From positions 4,216,001 to 4,280,000 of the forward strand of contig CATNEN010000024.1 of assembly GCA_950097015.1 (NCBI GenBank): a stretch of DNA of 64,000 nt. The letters run 5' to 3'. A program made the translations under genes and the position numbers. Below the pieces are notes generated by a model, which had not been told where the DNA came from, did not search any database, and saw only the letters and a list, made by a program, of their open reading frames with translations. Below are positions 38,496 through 51,271 of the stretch, one piece after another. Within the stretch, counting starts at the first letter, position 1, and the number at the start of each line of letters is the position of its first letter. Source of the DNA: Macrostomum hystrix. Its lineage: Eukaryota; Animalia; Platyhelminthes.

Positions 38496-39631
38496 TCATT
38501 CCACTGAAACATCATTCCACTGACACATCATTCCACTGAAACACCATTGCACTGAAACATCATTCCACTGAAACATCATTCCACTGAAACATCATTATAC
38601 TGACACATCATTCCACTGAAACATCATTGCACTGAAACATCATTCCTCTGAAACATCATTACACTGAAACATCATTCCACTGAAACATCATTGCACTGAA
38701 ACATCATTCCACTGAAACATCATTACACTGAAACATCATTACACTGAAACATCATTCCACTGAAACACCATTGCACTGAAACATCATTCCACTGAAACAT
38801 CATTCCACTGAAACATCATTATACTGACACATCATTCCACTGAAACATCATTGCACTGAAACATCATTCCTCTGAAACATCATTACACTGAAACATCATT
38901 GCACTGACACATCATTACACTGAAACATCATTGCACTGAAACATCATTCCACTGAAACATCATTACACTGAAACATCATTACACTGAAACATCATTGCAC
39001 TGAAACATCATTCCACTGAAACATCATTACACTGAAACATCATTCCACTGAAACATCATTCCACTGAAACATCATTCCACTGAAACATCATTGCACTGAC
39101 ACATCATTACACTGAAACATCATTGCACTGAAACATCATTCCACTGAAACATCATTACACTGAAACATCATTCCACTGAAACATCATTACTCTGAAACAT
39201 CATTGCACTGAAACATCATTGCACTGAAACATCATTCCACTGAAACATCATTCCACTGAAACATCATTCCACTGAAACACCATTGCACTGAAACATCATT
39301 CCACTGAAACATCATTCCACTGAAACATCATTATACTGACACATCATTCCACTGAAACATCATTGCACTGAAACATCATTCCACTGAAACATCATTACAC
39401 TGAAACATCATTACACTGAAACATCATTCCACTGAAACATCATTCCACTGAAACATCATTCCACTGAAACATCATTCCACTGAAACATCATTCCACTGAA
39501 ACATCATTACATTGAAACATCATTCCACTGAAACATCATTCCACTGAAACATCATTACTCTGAAACATCATTGCACTGAAACATCATTGCACTGAAACAT
39601 CATTACACTGAAACATCATTACACTGAAACA
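38496..39631. repeat. 16-bp satellite (ACTGAAACATCATTCC)n upstream of irx
   Basis: ACTGAAAC at 38711 and 38727; ends about 60 nt before the irx CCAAT motifs. Confidence 0.96.
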
Positions 39632-39684
39632 TGCGCGTTCAATTTAATCAATTATCACAAATTCAAACTTTGGTTGTCACCCGG

Positions 39685-39725
39685 CCACCATTGGCTGGCA
39701 GTTGTCCGTGGCGCTGGCCAATCAG
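39685..39725 (+). promoter_or_regulatory. Putative irx proximal promoter: paired, oppositely oriented CCAAT boxes
   Basis: ATTGG at 39690 and GGCCAATCAG at 39716-39725, about 180-210 nt upstream of the irx ATG. Confidence 0.45.
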
Positions 39726-39833
39726 CGGCTGTCTCCTGCACACACCCCTCCCACAACCCCAGAGCTCAAACTGCAATCTAAAAATTGCCCCCGGCACATC
39801 CTGCAGACAGTTAGACGCCCAGACTGAATCCAG

Positions 39834-39881
39834 GTGAGAAAACTTTTTCACATACAAAATAATAAGTGGACACGATCTTAG
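39834..39881 (+). other. Probable 48-nt intron in the irx 5' UTR
   Basis: Consensus donor CAG|GTGAGA at 39834 and acceptor GATCTTAG| at 39881, 17 nt before the ATG. Confidence 0.45.
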
Positions 39882-39898
39882 AAGCAAAGCGAGGAAAC

Positions 39899-42800
39899 AT
39901 GAGCAACTCCAACACAGCGGCATCGTCATCTCCTAGCTCTGGCGAGAGTCTTCGACTGTCATTGATGCAGCCGCCGCCTCTGTTGCCACCACCGCATCCG
40001 GCACTGCCGCTGCCGCCACAGAACTGGTCTACGTTTCTTCATCCATCCCCGATGGGTGCCGAGTCTATTGGTGAGCCTCTAAAACTGACACCGTGCAAAT
40101 TGCTCAGCCTACCTCTCAGTCTTCTCACCCTACCTCTCAGTCTTCTCACCCTACCTCTCAGTCTGTCCCAGCCTACCTCTCAGTCTGTCTTACCCTACCT
40201 CTCAGTCTGTCCTACCCTACCTCTCAGTCTGTCCTACCCTACCTCTCAGTCTGTCCTACCCTACCTCTCAGTCTTCTCACCCTACCTCTCAGTCTGTCCC
40301 AGCCTACCTCTCAGTCTGTCTTACCCTACCTCTCAGTCTGTCCTACCCTACCTCTCAGTCTGTCCTACCCTACCTCTCAGTCTGTCCTACCCTACCTCTC
40401 AGTCTGTCCTACCCTACCTCTCAGTCTGTTCTACCCTACCTCTCAGTTTTCTCACCCTACCTCTCAGTCTTCTCACCCTACCTCTCAGTCTGTCCCAGCC
40501 TACCTCTCAGTCTGTCCCAGCCTACCTCTCAGTCTGTCTTACCCTACCTCTCCCATAAAAGACACAAATTAATATTTATTTTTCTTTTCGAACTCCGCAG
40601 TTCAAGATTGGCACCATCTGCAGCAGGCGGTGGCCGCAGCGGCCGCGGCTGCGGCAGCGGCGCAGAGGAGCAGCGACTGCGGCTCTGGCTACAGTCCGAT
40701 GAAGGAACGGCACAGGCTGCTGCAGTCGGCGCTAGGAGGTCCAGCGACCGCAGATTTGAACTGCTCGGCTGCTTCATTGCCAGCGAATTGCCCGACTGTC
40801 GTCTCCTATGACGGAAGCGCCGCCTACCTGCAGACGCAACCGAAGCGAAAGAATGCCACAAGGGAGACCACTAGCGTGCTCAAGGCCTGGCTCAATGAGC
40901 ACAGGAAGAATCCCTATCCGACTAAGGGCGAGAAGGTCATGCTGGCTATTGTGACCACAATGAGCCTGACTCAAGTGAGTTTCAGGGGCTTGATGTATTA
41001 TTGCTAATAAATTAACCACAAATGTCACTGATCGGATCTGTCAAGGTCTACATTCTATGGCAGATATAGAGCTACATTCTATGGTAGATATAGAGCTACA
41101 TTCTATGGCAGATATAGAGCTACATTCTAGGGTAGATATAGAGCTACATTCTATGGTAGATATAGAGCTACATTCTATGGCAGATATAGAGCTACATTCT
41201 AGGGTAGATATAGAGCTACATTCTATGGTAGATATAGAGCTACATTCTATGGTAGATATAGAGCGAAATTCTATGGTAGATATAGAGCTACATTCTATGG
41301 CAGATATAGAGCTACATTCTAGGGTAGATATAGAGCTACATTCTATGGTAGATATAGAGCTACATTCTATGGTAGATATAGAGCGACATTCTATGGTAGA
41401 TATAGAGCTACATTCTATTGTAGAAAAAGAGCTACATTCAATGGCAGATAGAGATCTCTACATTCAATGGCAGATAGAGATCTACATTCCATGGCAGATA
41501 GAGACTTCGATTGCCTAGCGTGTTGAGATCTAAACATAGTTTTAGATTGACACCTTTGTTTTATAGCAGATAAATCTAGTTGTTGGCAGTTAGATTTTAT
41601 TACAGTAGATTTCATGGCAGATGGACATGAACAATTGATAATAACCAAGATGCCGTTGGGTTTGACAACCCAGCTGAAATTAATAAAGAGCCGGAGTCAG
41701 AGAGCGATGAAAAAAACGGCATGCCGTGCAGTTGGAGGATATCAATTTCTAGCTGCCGACCGATTCAGCATGAAATAGTTGTAGATGCAGGGAAGGCATC
41801 AGCTATTATGTCTGTATGGATTCTGTCACAGCCGGGTGGAGCTGCATGAGGCGCCCCAAAGCAATCCCAATCCGGAAATATCACTTTTTCACTGCTCCAA
41901 CTGCTCACTGGAGCAGTTTCCTCACTCTCACGCATGCTCCACTGCTCACATCATCATTGTCACCCCTTGGCAAAGTGAATCGACACTTTTGCTTTCACAC
42001 AGATCTCCCTTCCCTTCGCTCGCATCTGAATCACGATATTTATGAAATAAAAAACAGTTACGCATTTGTGAGTCCGCCGATTTTGTTTTACTACACTTGA
42101 CAAGTGCATGTGAGTGTGTTCGGGCTTCAAGTATTGCTGCTGGGGATGCTTTTAACGGATCTATTTCTGACAATTCAGAGAGGTTACAACAATTATGAAA
42201 TGATTTTTTCGAAAATCGAAATTTAAACAAGGCATTAAAAATAACAGTGAAAATAATGCTTCCGCGAATGCTACAGACTCTTTTAAAAGCAGTGATCACA
42301 CAAAAGAAGGAAGATTGTTAAAAAATCTAAGCAGATTTCCATCCAAGTAAATAGCAAGCAGAGTGACAATCAGGGTGACAATCAGAGTGACAATCTGAGT
42401 GACAATCAGAGTGACAATCTGAGTGACAATCTGAGTGACATTCAGAGTGACAAGTAGAGTGACAATCAGGGCGATAATATGAGTGACAAGCAGAGTGACA
42501 ATCAGGGCGATAATATGAGTGACAAGCAGAGTGACAATCAGAGTGACAATCATGGTGACAATCAGAGTGACAAGCAGAGTGACAATCAGGGTGGCAATCA
42601 GAGTGACAATCAGAGTGACAAGCAGAGTGACAATCAGGGTGACAATCAGAGTGACAAGCAGAGTGACAATCAGAGTGACAAGCAGAGTGACAATCAGGGT
42701 GACAATCAGAGTGACAAGCAGAGTGACAATCAGAGTGACAAGCAGAGTGACAAGCAGGATTTTTCCTCGGTCCTTCAGGTCTCCACGTGGTTCGCCAATG

Positions 42801-43363
42801 CCCGCCGCCGCCTCAAAAAGGAGAACCGGATGACCTGGACACCGAGGGTCGGCTCGCACGGCGCCGACCCAGACGAAGAAGCCGAAGATCTGGACGCCGA
42901 CATTGAGGAAGTGGATGCCGATGACGATGTCCAGGAGCCGGATCTTCGGACTGCGGACTCCGGTCTGGCGACGTCGAGGAAGCGGGTCATCCTAGACGGC
43001 CATCTTCAAGAAGACTTCGCTGCTGACAACAGCTGCAGCTGCGAAGGCCTTGAGGTTAAGCGGCAAAGACTTCAGGAGGCTGAGCAGAACTCAACGCCGC
43101 CACCTCCGCAGCTGCAGCAGCAGCAGCAGCAGCCAGCGAAGAAGCCCAAGATCTGGTCCATTGTGGAGACTCTGAATCAGGCAGATCCGCCAAAGCCGCC
43201 GCTGCCCAAGCTGCCTCCACTGTTGAATCAGCAGCAGCAACAGCAGCAGCAATTTCAGCAATTCCAGCCCGCCTTGAATTGCCCAATGTCGATGGGAGTT
43301 TTCGCCGGCGGTCGGGGGTTCGCGTCACCGCAATCTATAATTGCGCCTCCGTATTATTTATGA
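39899..43363 (+). CDS. irx: Iroquois-class TALE homeobox transcription factor, 376 aa, 3 coding exons
   Basis: Exons are 39899-40070 (G|GTGAGC), 40601-40974 (CCGCAG|; CAA|GTGAGT) and 42779-43363 (CCTTCAG|). The spliced homeodomain reads [60 protein letters not shown], with the PYP TALE loop and the Irx-type WFANA helix 3. An acidic tract and the IRO box [12 protein letters not shown] follow. AATAAA lies at 43619. Confidence 0.96.
40105..40552. repeat. 22-bp minisatellite (CCTACCTCTCAGTCTGTCCTAC)n in irx intron 1
   Basis: Tandem units fill most of the 530-nt intron. Confidence 0.95.
41048..41490. repeat. 24-bp minisatellite (TATGGTAGATATAGAGCTACATTC)n in irx intron 2
   Basis: Tandem units; degenerate at the 3' end. 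Confidence 0.95.
42360..42757. repeat. 12-bp minisatellite (GAGTGACAATCA / GAGTGACAAGCA)n at the 3' end of irx intron 2
   Basis: Tandem units end about 20 nt before the acceptor at 42778. Confidence 0.95.
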
Positions 43364-43892
43364 ACATTTTTTATGCTCGCTTTGAATGCAAACATTGGCT
43401 GCATGTACCTGTACACCTAGCATCGAATATTATTATAAGAATCGTGCCTACATACCCGTACAATACTGAGTGGCAACCCTGTATTTTACTCGTGTTTTTT
43501 CAGTATGAATTCTCTAATTCATATTTTGGTCCTTCATTTTTCATATTTCCAATAATATAGAAGAAGCAACTGTTTTATCGCAACTGTTTTGTTACCCATA
43601 ATTGCTTTATCTGTAAAAAATAAATAACTCTGTGTAAAAATGCTCTAAATCATTATTTTACGTGTCAAAGTAAATCTAAAACTGAATGATACGCTCGTAA
43701 ATTATTGTAATTTAATTTGCTGACTGACTGCTAAAGTTAATGCCAACCACTTTTTTGCATGTGTTTTCATTGTTAATTTAGAGAGACTTATTAATTAAAC
43801 ACTCGCTGCAAATGCTTATTTAAACAATTTTCACGCCTGCATCATTGATTAATTATTCGCCTTCAAATATATCTCTGTTTATTTAAAAGAGA

Positions 43893-44515
43893 CGAGGAAC
43901 AAAGGGGGCAGAAGGGCAGGGTGTAGAAAGGCAGAGGGTAGAAGGACAGGGGGTAGAAGGACAGAGGGGGTAGAAAAACAGGGGTAGAAGGGCAGAGGGG
44001 GTAGAAAAACAGGGGTAGAAAGGCAGAGGGGGTAGAAGAACAGGGGTAGAAGGACAAAGGGGATAGAAGGGCAGAGGATAGAAGGACAGAGGGGGTAGAA
44101 GGACACAGGGGGTAGAAGGACAGAAGGGGTAGAAGGACACAGGGGGTAGAAGGACACAGGGGTAGAAGGGCAGAAGGGGTAGAAGGACACAGGGGGTAGA
44201 AGGACAGAGGGGATAGAAGGACACAGGGGGTAGAAGGACAGAAGGGGTAGAAGGACAAAGGGGTAGAAGGGCAGAAGGGGTAGAAGGACACAGGGGGTAG
44301 AAGGACAGAGGGGGTAGAAGGACACAGGGGGTAGAAGGACAGAAGGGGTAGAAGGACAAAGGGGTAGAAGGGCAGAAGGGGTAGAAGGACACAGGGGGTA
44401 GAAGGACAGAAGGGGTAGAAGGACACAGGGGTAGAAGGACAGAAGGGGTAGAAGGTCAGAGGGATTAGAAGAACAGAGGGGTAGAAGGGCAGAGGTGAGA
44501 GAGGGACAGAGGGAG
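43893..44515. repeat. ~18-bp purine-rich minisatellite (GGGGTAGAAGGACAGA-like)
   Basis: Repeating GGGGTAGAAGG(A/G)CA core. Confidence 0.92.
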
Positions 44516-45334
44516 TAGAAAAAAAGAGTGGGAAAATAACATAGTGGCGAGACAGGTGGACGAATGAGTGAAAAGAAAATGAAGACAAATACTATTTTAA
44601 ACTGATTCATATATCTCAATAGATAGGCAAGGGTCATTTTCGCCATTTTTATTTCCAAACTTCACAGTGTGTCACTTGCTTGTCAGTCGCCTTATTACCC
44701 AGAAAGATACAGTCTTTGGCACTCCGGTTTCCATGCAGTTGTCAGTTTTGACATGTCAAGAATTTTATAAATAATTAATCTTTATGCCAATATTTCTTTC
44801 CGCTGCTAAATGCTAACTATGTAAGAATGGCATTAACAATGGGCATATGAAGTTTCTGCTTCATTTTCTGGTCAAAAAAGAATAGAAACAAAGTGTTCTA
44901 CTCGTAGTTGCCGCACGTACGACAATGGCCCAGTCCACTATAGCCATCTGCTATTGAGTTGGAACTAGCGCAAATATGTTACTATAGGATTAGACCATGA
45001 AGCATCACTGCAGGGAACCTTGTCAAGTTTCTCACCTGCCTGCCTCACCTGGCTGTGTTATCATTATTTTGTTAGCTATAGAATGACAAGGCTGTGATAA
45101 AAATGCCTAGAATATTGTCGATAATTGTTTTTTTACTCTAAAGCAGTCTGTCACGAGAAATGCTAATTAGTAGATAAGGCTTAAATTGTTCAGTGCTTTT
45201 AGAAGCAAAATATCTCACTATAAGGGGAAAAAAACAGGACAACGAGTAGCTGTGGTAGAATTTTAGGGCCCCTAGTCCATGGACTTAAAAGGCTGTACGT
45301 TAGTGGCTTGCCTGCATAACTAGTGGACAGGACA

Positions 45335-45425
45335 GCTATTCAGTCCATGGACTGGGGGGCGCCCCAATGAATCCTGAAGCAATGCATTCCTAAAGTGAAG
45401 TCGGTATTCGAACCCCCGACCTTCG
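45335..45425 (-). mobile_element. Internally deleted copy of the same SINE
   Basis: It shares TTCAGTCCATGGACTGGGGGG, CTGAAGCAATGCA and TCGAACCCCCGACCTTC, in the same order, with the 5697-5907 copy. Confidence 0.7.
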
Positions 45426-45739
45426 CGTTTCGTCGCGTTTTATTCATTTGTATTTAATAATCCTTACACTATATGTTCATGAATACATTAAAGTTAACAA
45501 AATATTATGAAAAAACGAGACTGGAACCATGACCCCAGATAATAGAAAACACGAGGCCCAACCCCTGGCATAGCAACTTTGCGCATTCACCGCTGACTTT
45601 CTATTGTTGTGCTTCATCAAACTGGAATATTGTATCTCTCTGCTGTTTTGTTGATTTCTTGCTGCTGCTACTAGGCAAAGTAGCTAACCTGCCTCAGTGT
45701 GGGAAGGCTTGCGTGGAGCTGCCTGACTATCTATATAGT

Positions 45740-45778
<39 letters not shown>
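45740..45778. repeat. (AGC)13 microsatellite
   Basis: Direct count. Confidence 0.95.
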
Positions 45779-45779
<1 letters not shown>

Positions 45780-47117
45780 GGGGTCACGGGAGACAAGGGC
45801 TGGCAAGTGTTAACGAGTTCTCTCTCAATTTCTCTAGCTCGCTCTTCTCAAACTGGTGTTCCTATGTATATACCGACACTGAAGCGGTGTAGTTCTCTCT
45901 GCTTTCTTGTTTGGTGTCTGAGTGTCCTCTGACAAGCGCCCCCCACCCTGCCCCCACTGTCAGTGTTAACACTAACTGGCTAACTCCACTGAGCGCAGAA
46001 TTGTTGTCGGTAAAGACAGAAGAAGAGCAGAATAAAATTGGCGGCATTTGTCACGCTTGTATCCATCTGTCCCCCCCTCAATTCTCAATGAAGAGTGAAT
46101 TGTAGCAGAATAGTGCGAAGATCTTGTTTTAACGCAAACCTTGTTAAACAGTGGGGCCCGCAAGATTGCATGCCGCATAGTTGAGAATTGTCTGCAGACA
46201 CTGTTCGTCCTAGTGTCAGCTGCGCTCTAGTCTGTAGACTATTGTAGTGTGCTTCACTGGTTTAAAATAATGATAATTATCTTGAATTTAACTGAGCTCC
46301 GCATCAAAATCGTGTATTTTTCAGTAATTTCCAGTTTTCGATATTATGAGTATAATAATCGCATGAGCGTATCTAGCCAACAAGCGGGCAAGCCGTTTCA
46401 AATCTAAAAGGGAAACTGGATTCATTGTTTAAAGGCTTCCATGGGTGAAGCCGCATGCCCCGCTCATAACTTGTCACCGCAACACAAGCTGCGAGCAGAA
46501 CAGCTCGGTGGAGGTGGCAGAGGAACAGATAAATGAAGGCAGGTGACTGGAACGAAACGGGGTAGACTGAGAGAATGATAGGGAAACTGAGAGGAAGAGA
46601 GGGATATATTATTTGCAGAATTTTCCAACCTACCGACCGGCAAGGACTCGTAAACTGTGTATTATAAGTGAAATATTTCTGAGCAAAATGGAATCGACGA
46701 AGAAAAGCAAAGAGCTGGCAATATCTTCCGGATGCAGATATCATGTTTATTAATTGGCGTAACCAATATTATTGCCACAGAGAATTGAGATCAGAATTTT
46801 GTTTTGTCCAACAGTTTTGCTCCTACAAGAAGAAGAGTTGTTGAGGCAGTCGAACACTTCCCGTATCCGCTTGACTTTTATAGCCGTGCTTAGGAAATTC
46901 TTATTTTTCAGCTGCTTGGAACTAAGTTTCGATGCATGCGTTTTTTAATGACCAAGCATGGACACCCCACCCCTCATCTCACTTTGACACTTTCGCTGCT
47001 CATACTGCTTATTCTCGTGTTCCGTTTCCGGTGCTGAGTCAGTGAGTGGGCAGAGCTGCATTTGGCAAGGCCAGATTGTTTCAGAATAAGACATTATAAA
47101 CCCTTATAATTTACTTA

Positions 47118-47861
47118 CTCTCCCTCTCTCCCTCTCACTCTCCCTCTCTTCCTCTCACTCCCCCTCTCTTCCTCTCACTCTCCCTCTCTCCCTCTCACTC
47201 TCCCTCTCTTCCTCTCACTCCCCCTCTCTTCCTCTCACTCTCCCTCTCTCCCTCTCACTCTCCCTCTCTTCCTCTCACTCCCCCTCTCTTCCTCTCACTC
47301 TCCCTCTCTCCCTCTCACTCTCCCTCTCTTCCTCTCACTCCCCCTCTCTTCCTCTCACTCTCCCTCTCTTCCTCTCACTCTCCCTCTCTTCCTCTCACTC
47401 CCCCTCTCTTCCTCTCACGCTCCCTCTCTCCCTCTCACTCTCCCTCTCTTCCTCTCACTCACCCTCTCTTCCTCTCACTCCCCCTCTCTTCCTCTCACTC
47501 TCCCTCTCTTCCTCTCACTCACCCTCTCTTCCTCTCACTCCCCTCTCTTCCTCTCACTCACCCTCTCTTCCTCTCACTCACCCTCTCTTCCTCTCACTCT
47601 CCCTCTCTTCCTCTCACTCCCCCTCTCTTCCTCTCACTCTCCCTCTCTTCCTCTCACTCACCCTCTCTTCCTCTCACTCACCCTCTCTTCCTCTCACTCT
47701 CCCTCTCTTCCTCTCACTCACCCTCTCTCCCTCTCACTCTCCCTCTCTTCCTCTCACTCTCCCTCTCTTCCTCTCACTCTCCCTCTCTTCCTCTCACTCA
47801 CCCTCTCTTCCTCTCACTCTCCCTCTCTTCCTCTCACTCTCCCTCTCTCCCTCTCACTCTC
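47118..47861. repeat. 20-bp polypyrimidine minisatellite (CTCTCACTCTCCCTCTCTTC)n
   Basis: Period 20 visible by column alignment. Confidence 0.96.
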
Positions 47862-49149
47862 AGTAATTAATTGTGTAGTAATTTTGTAACTCTCTTCCTC
47901 TCCCTCTCCATCTCTTCCTCTCACTCCCCTTCTTGTTCTCACTCTCCCTCTCTCCCTCTCACTCTCCCTCTCTTTCTTACTCTCAATCTCTTTCTCTATT
48001 GTCAGATCTTGCTAGCTCTCAGCTTTTTCTTCATCGAGTCCATGTCCTTGCCGGTATAGGCTGGGAAATTCTGCTCGAAAATATTTCGGAGAGCGGTTCT
48101 TCTGTCTGTTATTGTGTTAAACGGGTCGCAGATAGCCTATTAAATTTTTTAATGTCAGTTGAAGAAATGCATGTTTGTCTGTGCTTGATTTTCTAAAAAA
48201 GACACGGTGTTTCTTAAGACATGTGCTCATAGCAACCCCTTGCCATGGCTTCTCAAACTGCTCAGCCACTAAGCAGCTGGGCTAGGGGCTAATTCTGTGG
48301 CATTTTACTTTAACACGATCCTCTTTCTACAAAAAATTAGAAATCAAACGAGCCGGGAAAAAATGAAAGTCTGGCTACGTCAGAAGCGGCAAGATCAGTC
48401 AGCGCGTATGGAATTAAAATTCATGCTCAACTGAGCACTAACAAAAATGCTGCGAATTAAGCCTAGCCTAGCTTTCGATTCGATTAGGCTGTTAAAAATA
48501 AAAAAACACAAAATGACTGTTCATTCTATTTTTTGTTAGATTAGACAGCCCCCACCCCTAGCCGACCATGTGGATTGAGCACAGGTGAATTCTGGTGACA
48601 AAAAATAGTGGCAGAATAAAACAGACACAGGAACCCCTTATATATCTTTCTCGCTCTACCAAAAAACAGCAGTCATTTTAGCAATTAGACAGGCCCATCT
48701 GCATGGACAATGCATGAACAGGCTATTTTAAATCCACTCTACAATATAGTTAGCTAGAGCACAATAGTTGTCTGTCCAATTGTATATTATTGAGCGCCCA
48801 TTGCTTATAGGGGCTGAGGACTGCAGACTGAGAAACACTGGGAGAAGAGATCCCCCAGACGATGGGGCGCCTTTTGTGAAGCGCATTGTGGAATAAAAAG
48901 TAAGCTCTAAATAACAATAGGCACTGAAGGACAAACAGCCAATGCATCTTCAGGTTGTGAGCTAGATGCTTTAAAGTATACTAGCAATTATAATTATTCT
49001 GAGTAGTTTAGCAGTCTTAGTTCACTTCTTGTAAAGTTTATAATATTGTATTAGAACAATCTTTTACTTACAAGTTAAATAAACGTCTAGTTCATGAAAA
49101 ACTTGTTGTGCTTCATTAATTGTCGCATAAAAAAATTTACTCATTGAGT

Positions 49150-50188
49150 CCCATTTCTTGTTTCTTGGAAAAATGTCGAATCATCGAGTCCTACTCTTTG
49201 TTTCTTGGAAAAGTTCTTCTTTTCGACTCCTAATACTTGCTTCTTATAAAATGTCTACTCGTCAAGTCCTACTCCTTGTTTCTTGGAAAATGCCTACTTG
49301 TCGAGTCCTACTCCTTGTTTCTTGGAAAATGTCTACTCGTCAAGTCCTACTCCTTGCTTCTAGGAAAATGTCTACTCGTCAAGTCCTACTCCCTGCTTCT
49401 TGGAAAATGTCTACTCGTCAAGTCCTACTCCCTGCTTCTTGGAAAATGTCTACTCGTCAAGTCCTACTCCCTGCTTCTTGGAAAATGTCTACTCGTCAAG
49501 TCCTACTCCTTGTTTCTTGGAAAATGTCTACTTGTCGAGTCCTACTTCTTGTTTCTTGGAAAATGTCTACTTGTCGAGTCCTACTCCTTGTTTCTTGGAA
49601 AAATGTCTACTCGTCAAGTACTACTCCTTGTTTCTTGGAAAATGTCTACTCGTCGAGTCCTACTCCTTGCTTCTAGGAAAATGTCTACTCGTCGAGTCCT
49701 ACTCCCTGCTTCTTGGAAAATGTCTACTCGTCAAGTACTACTCCTTGTTTCTTGGAAAAATGTCTACTCGTCAAGTACTACTCCTTGTTTCTTGGAAAAA
49801 TGTCTACTCGTCAAGTACTACTCCTTGTTTCTTGGAAAATGTCTACTCGTCGAGTCCTACTCCTTGCTTCTAGGAAAATGTCTACTCGTCGAGTCCTACT
49901 CCTTGCTTCTAGGAAAATGTCTACTCGTCGAGTCCTACTCCTTGCTTCTAGGAAAATGTCTACTCGTCGAGTCCTACTCCTTGTTTCTTGGAAAAATGTC
50001 TATTCGTCAAGTCCTACTCCTTGTTTCTTGGAAAATGTCTACTCGTCGAGTCCTACTCCTTGCTTCTAGGAAAATGTCTACTCGTCGAGTCCTACTCCTT
50101 GCTTCTAGGAAAATGTCTACTCGTCGAGTCCTACTCCCTGCTTCTTGGAGAATGTCTACTTGTCGAGTCCTACTTCTTGTTTCTTGAA
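49150..50188. repeat. 39-bp minisatellite (GGAAAATGTCTACTCGTCAAGTCCTACTCCTTGTTTCTT)n
   Basis: Tandem units; the 13-aa periodicity of the overlapping ORFs matches 39 bp. Confidence 0.96.
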
Positions 50189-51271
50189 AAAAAAGTATGC
50201 TACAGTCTCTTTCTTGAAAACTTTGTTATTTTGATAATCGGAATCTTGTCGACTGGTCTAAAATAGAAATAACAAAGGTTTATTTAAGTTGCAGCATGTC
50301 GGTATTTGCGTTTGTAAAAAAAGCATCTAAAAATGATTGTGACAGCAGTCAGTCCGTTTCTGACGTGTGTGTGTGCTCAGATGCGGTGTGTCAAAGTGAG
50401 CTGAAGGCAATTGCAGCTGAGTTGTGTGGGGTCCCTGTGTGGAGTTGGGCTGAGTGAGATGAGGCCTGCAGATCATAAAACACAGCGCGGCACATCAGTG
50501 CTTTCTGGCACCTGTGGGTACGACTGAACAGGCTGGTTTAGTTCGGCTAATTGATCAATTATTCAGCGAGGTGACTTTTTTTATAAAAAAAACCACTGGC
50601 AAGCCGACTGACCGGCGAGTATGCTTCTAGAGGCATTTTCAGGGTCCGTTGGATTGTCCCCTGATGCATAAAAAATCAACACTAGATGGCAGTTCACACC
50701 TGTGTTGAGTAGTTCAGTCACCAAGCCATTTGCTTGTTATTGAATGATCTGCAGTTAGAAATGTTTTGGACGAGAATAAAACAGTTTTAAAACTAGAATA
50801 GTCATTTGAAGCTGCGGAATCTGTCTGAACAAAGTTATAAACCTGTTAGATAAATAGCAAGAGTGTAAAGAGCAAAAGGCAGTGCTTTTTTAGCACAACA
50901 AAACTCGAGCTGCGATTCGAGTTCGATTAGAATTCCATTCGTAGCGCATCGTGTACTTTGAGTGTATCTGTGCTTGCATGCAATTTTGGTATTAATTTCG
51001 AATAACTAGCGAATGCAGAGTTATAGCAAAAGGCCATTTTAATATCACTATTATGTAGGGGCCATTGTTCGTTCAAACAAAAAATAAAAAGCTGATTAAA
51101 GCATGGAAATAGACGAACGACCTACTGAAAGTACATATTTAATGTGTATAGAAGGTAAAATTTAAATAGAATGAAATATTTTCATAGTTTTAATTTAAAA
51201 GCGAGAAAAAGCATTTAATTAATATCTTTAAAGACGAGTAGAAAATACTAATTCAAGACTGAGTCTGAGCG

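Noticed and set aside
42479-42778. ATG at 42479 as the start of an Irx protein with an SDNQ-repeat N-terminus
   Set aside because: Homeodomain helices 1-2 are encoded at 40846-40974 and splice to 42779; the SDNQ stretch is intronic satellite.
44749-44758. TGACATGTCA palindrome as an Irx autoregulatory site
   Set aside because: A single short motif is expected by chance in 64 kb, and there is no supporting cluster.
45659-45932. Poly-Ser or poly-Ala ORFs
   Set aside because: They are produced by the (AGC)13 microsatellite, and the flanks are not protein-like.
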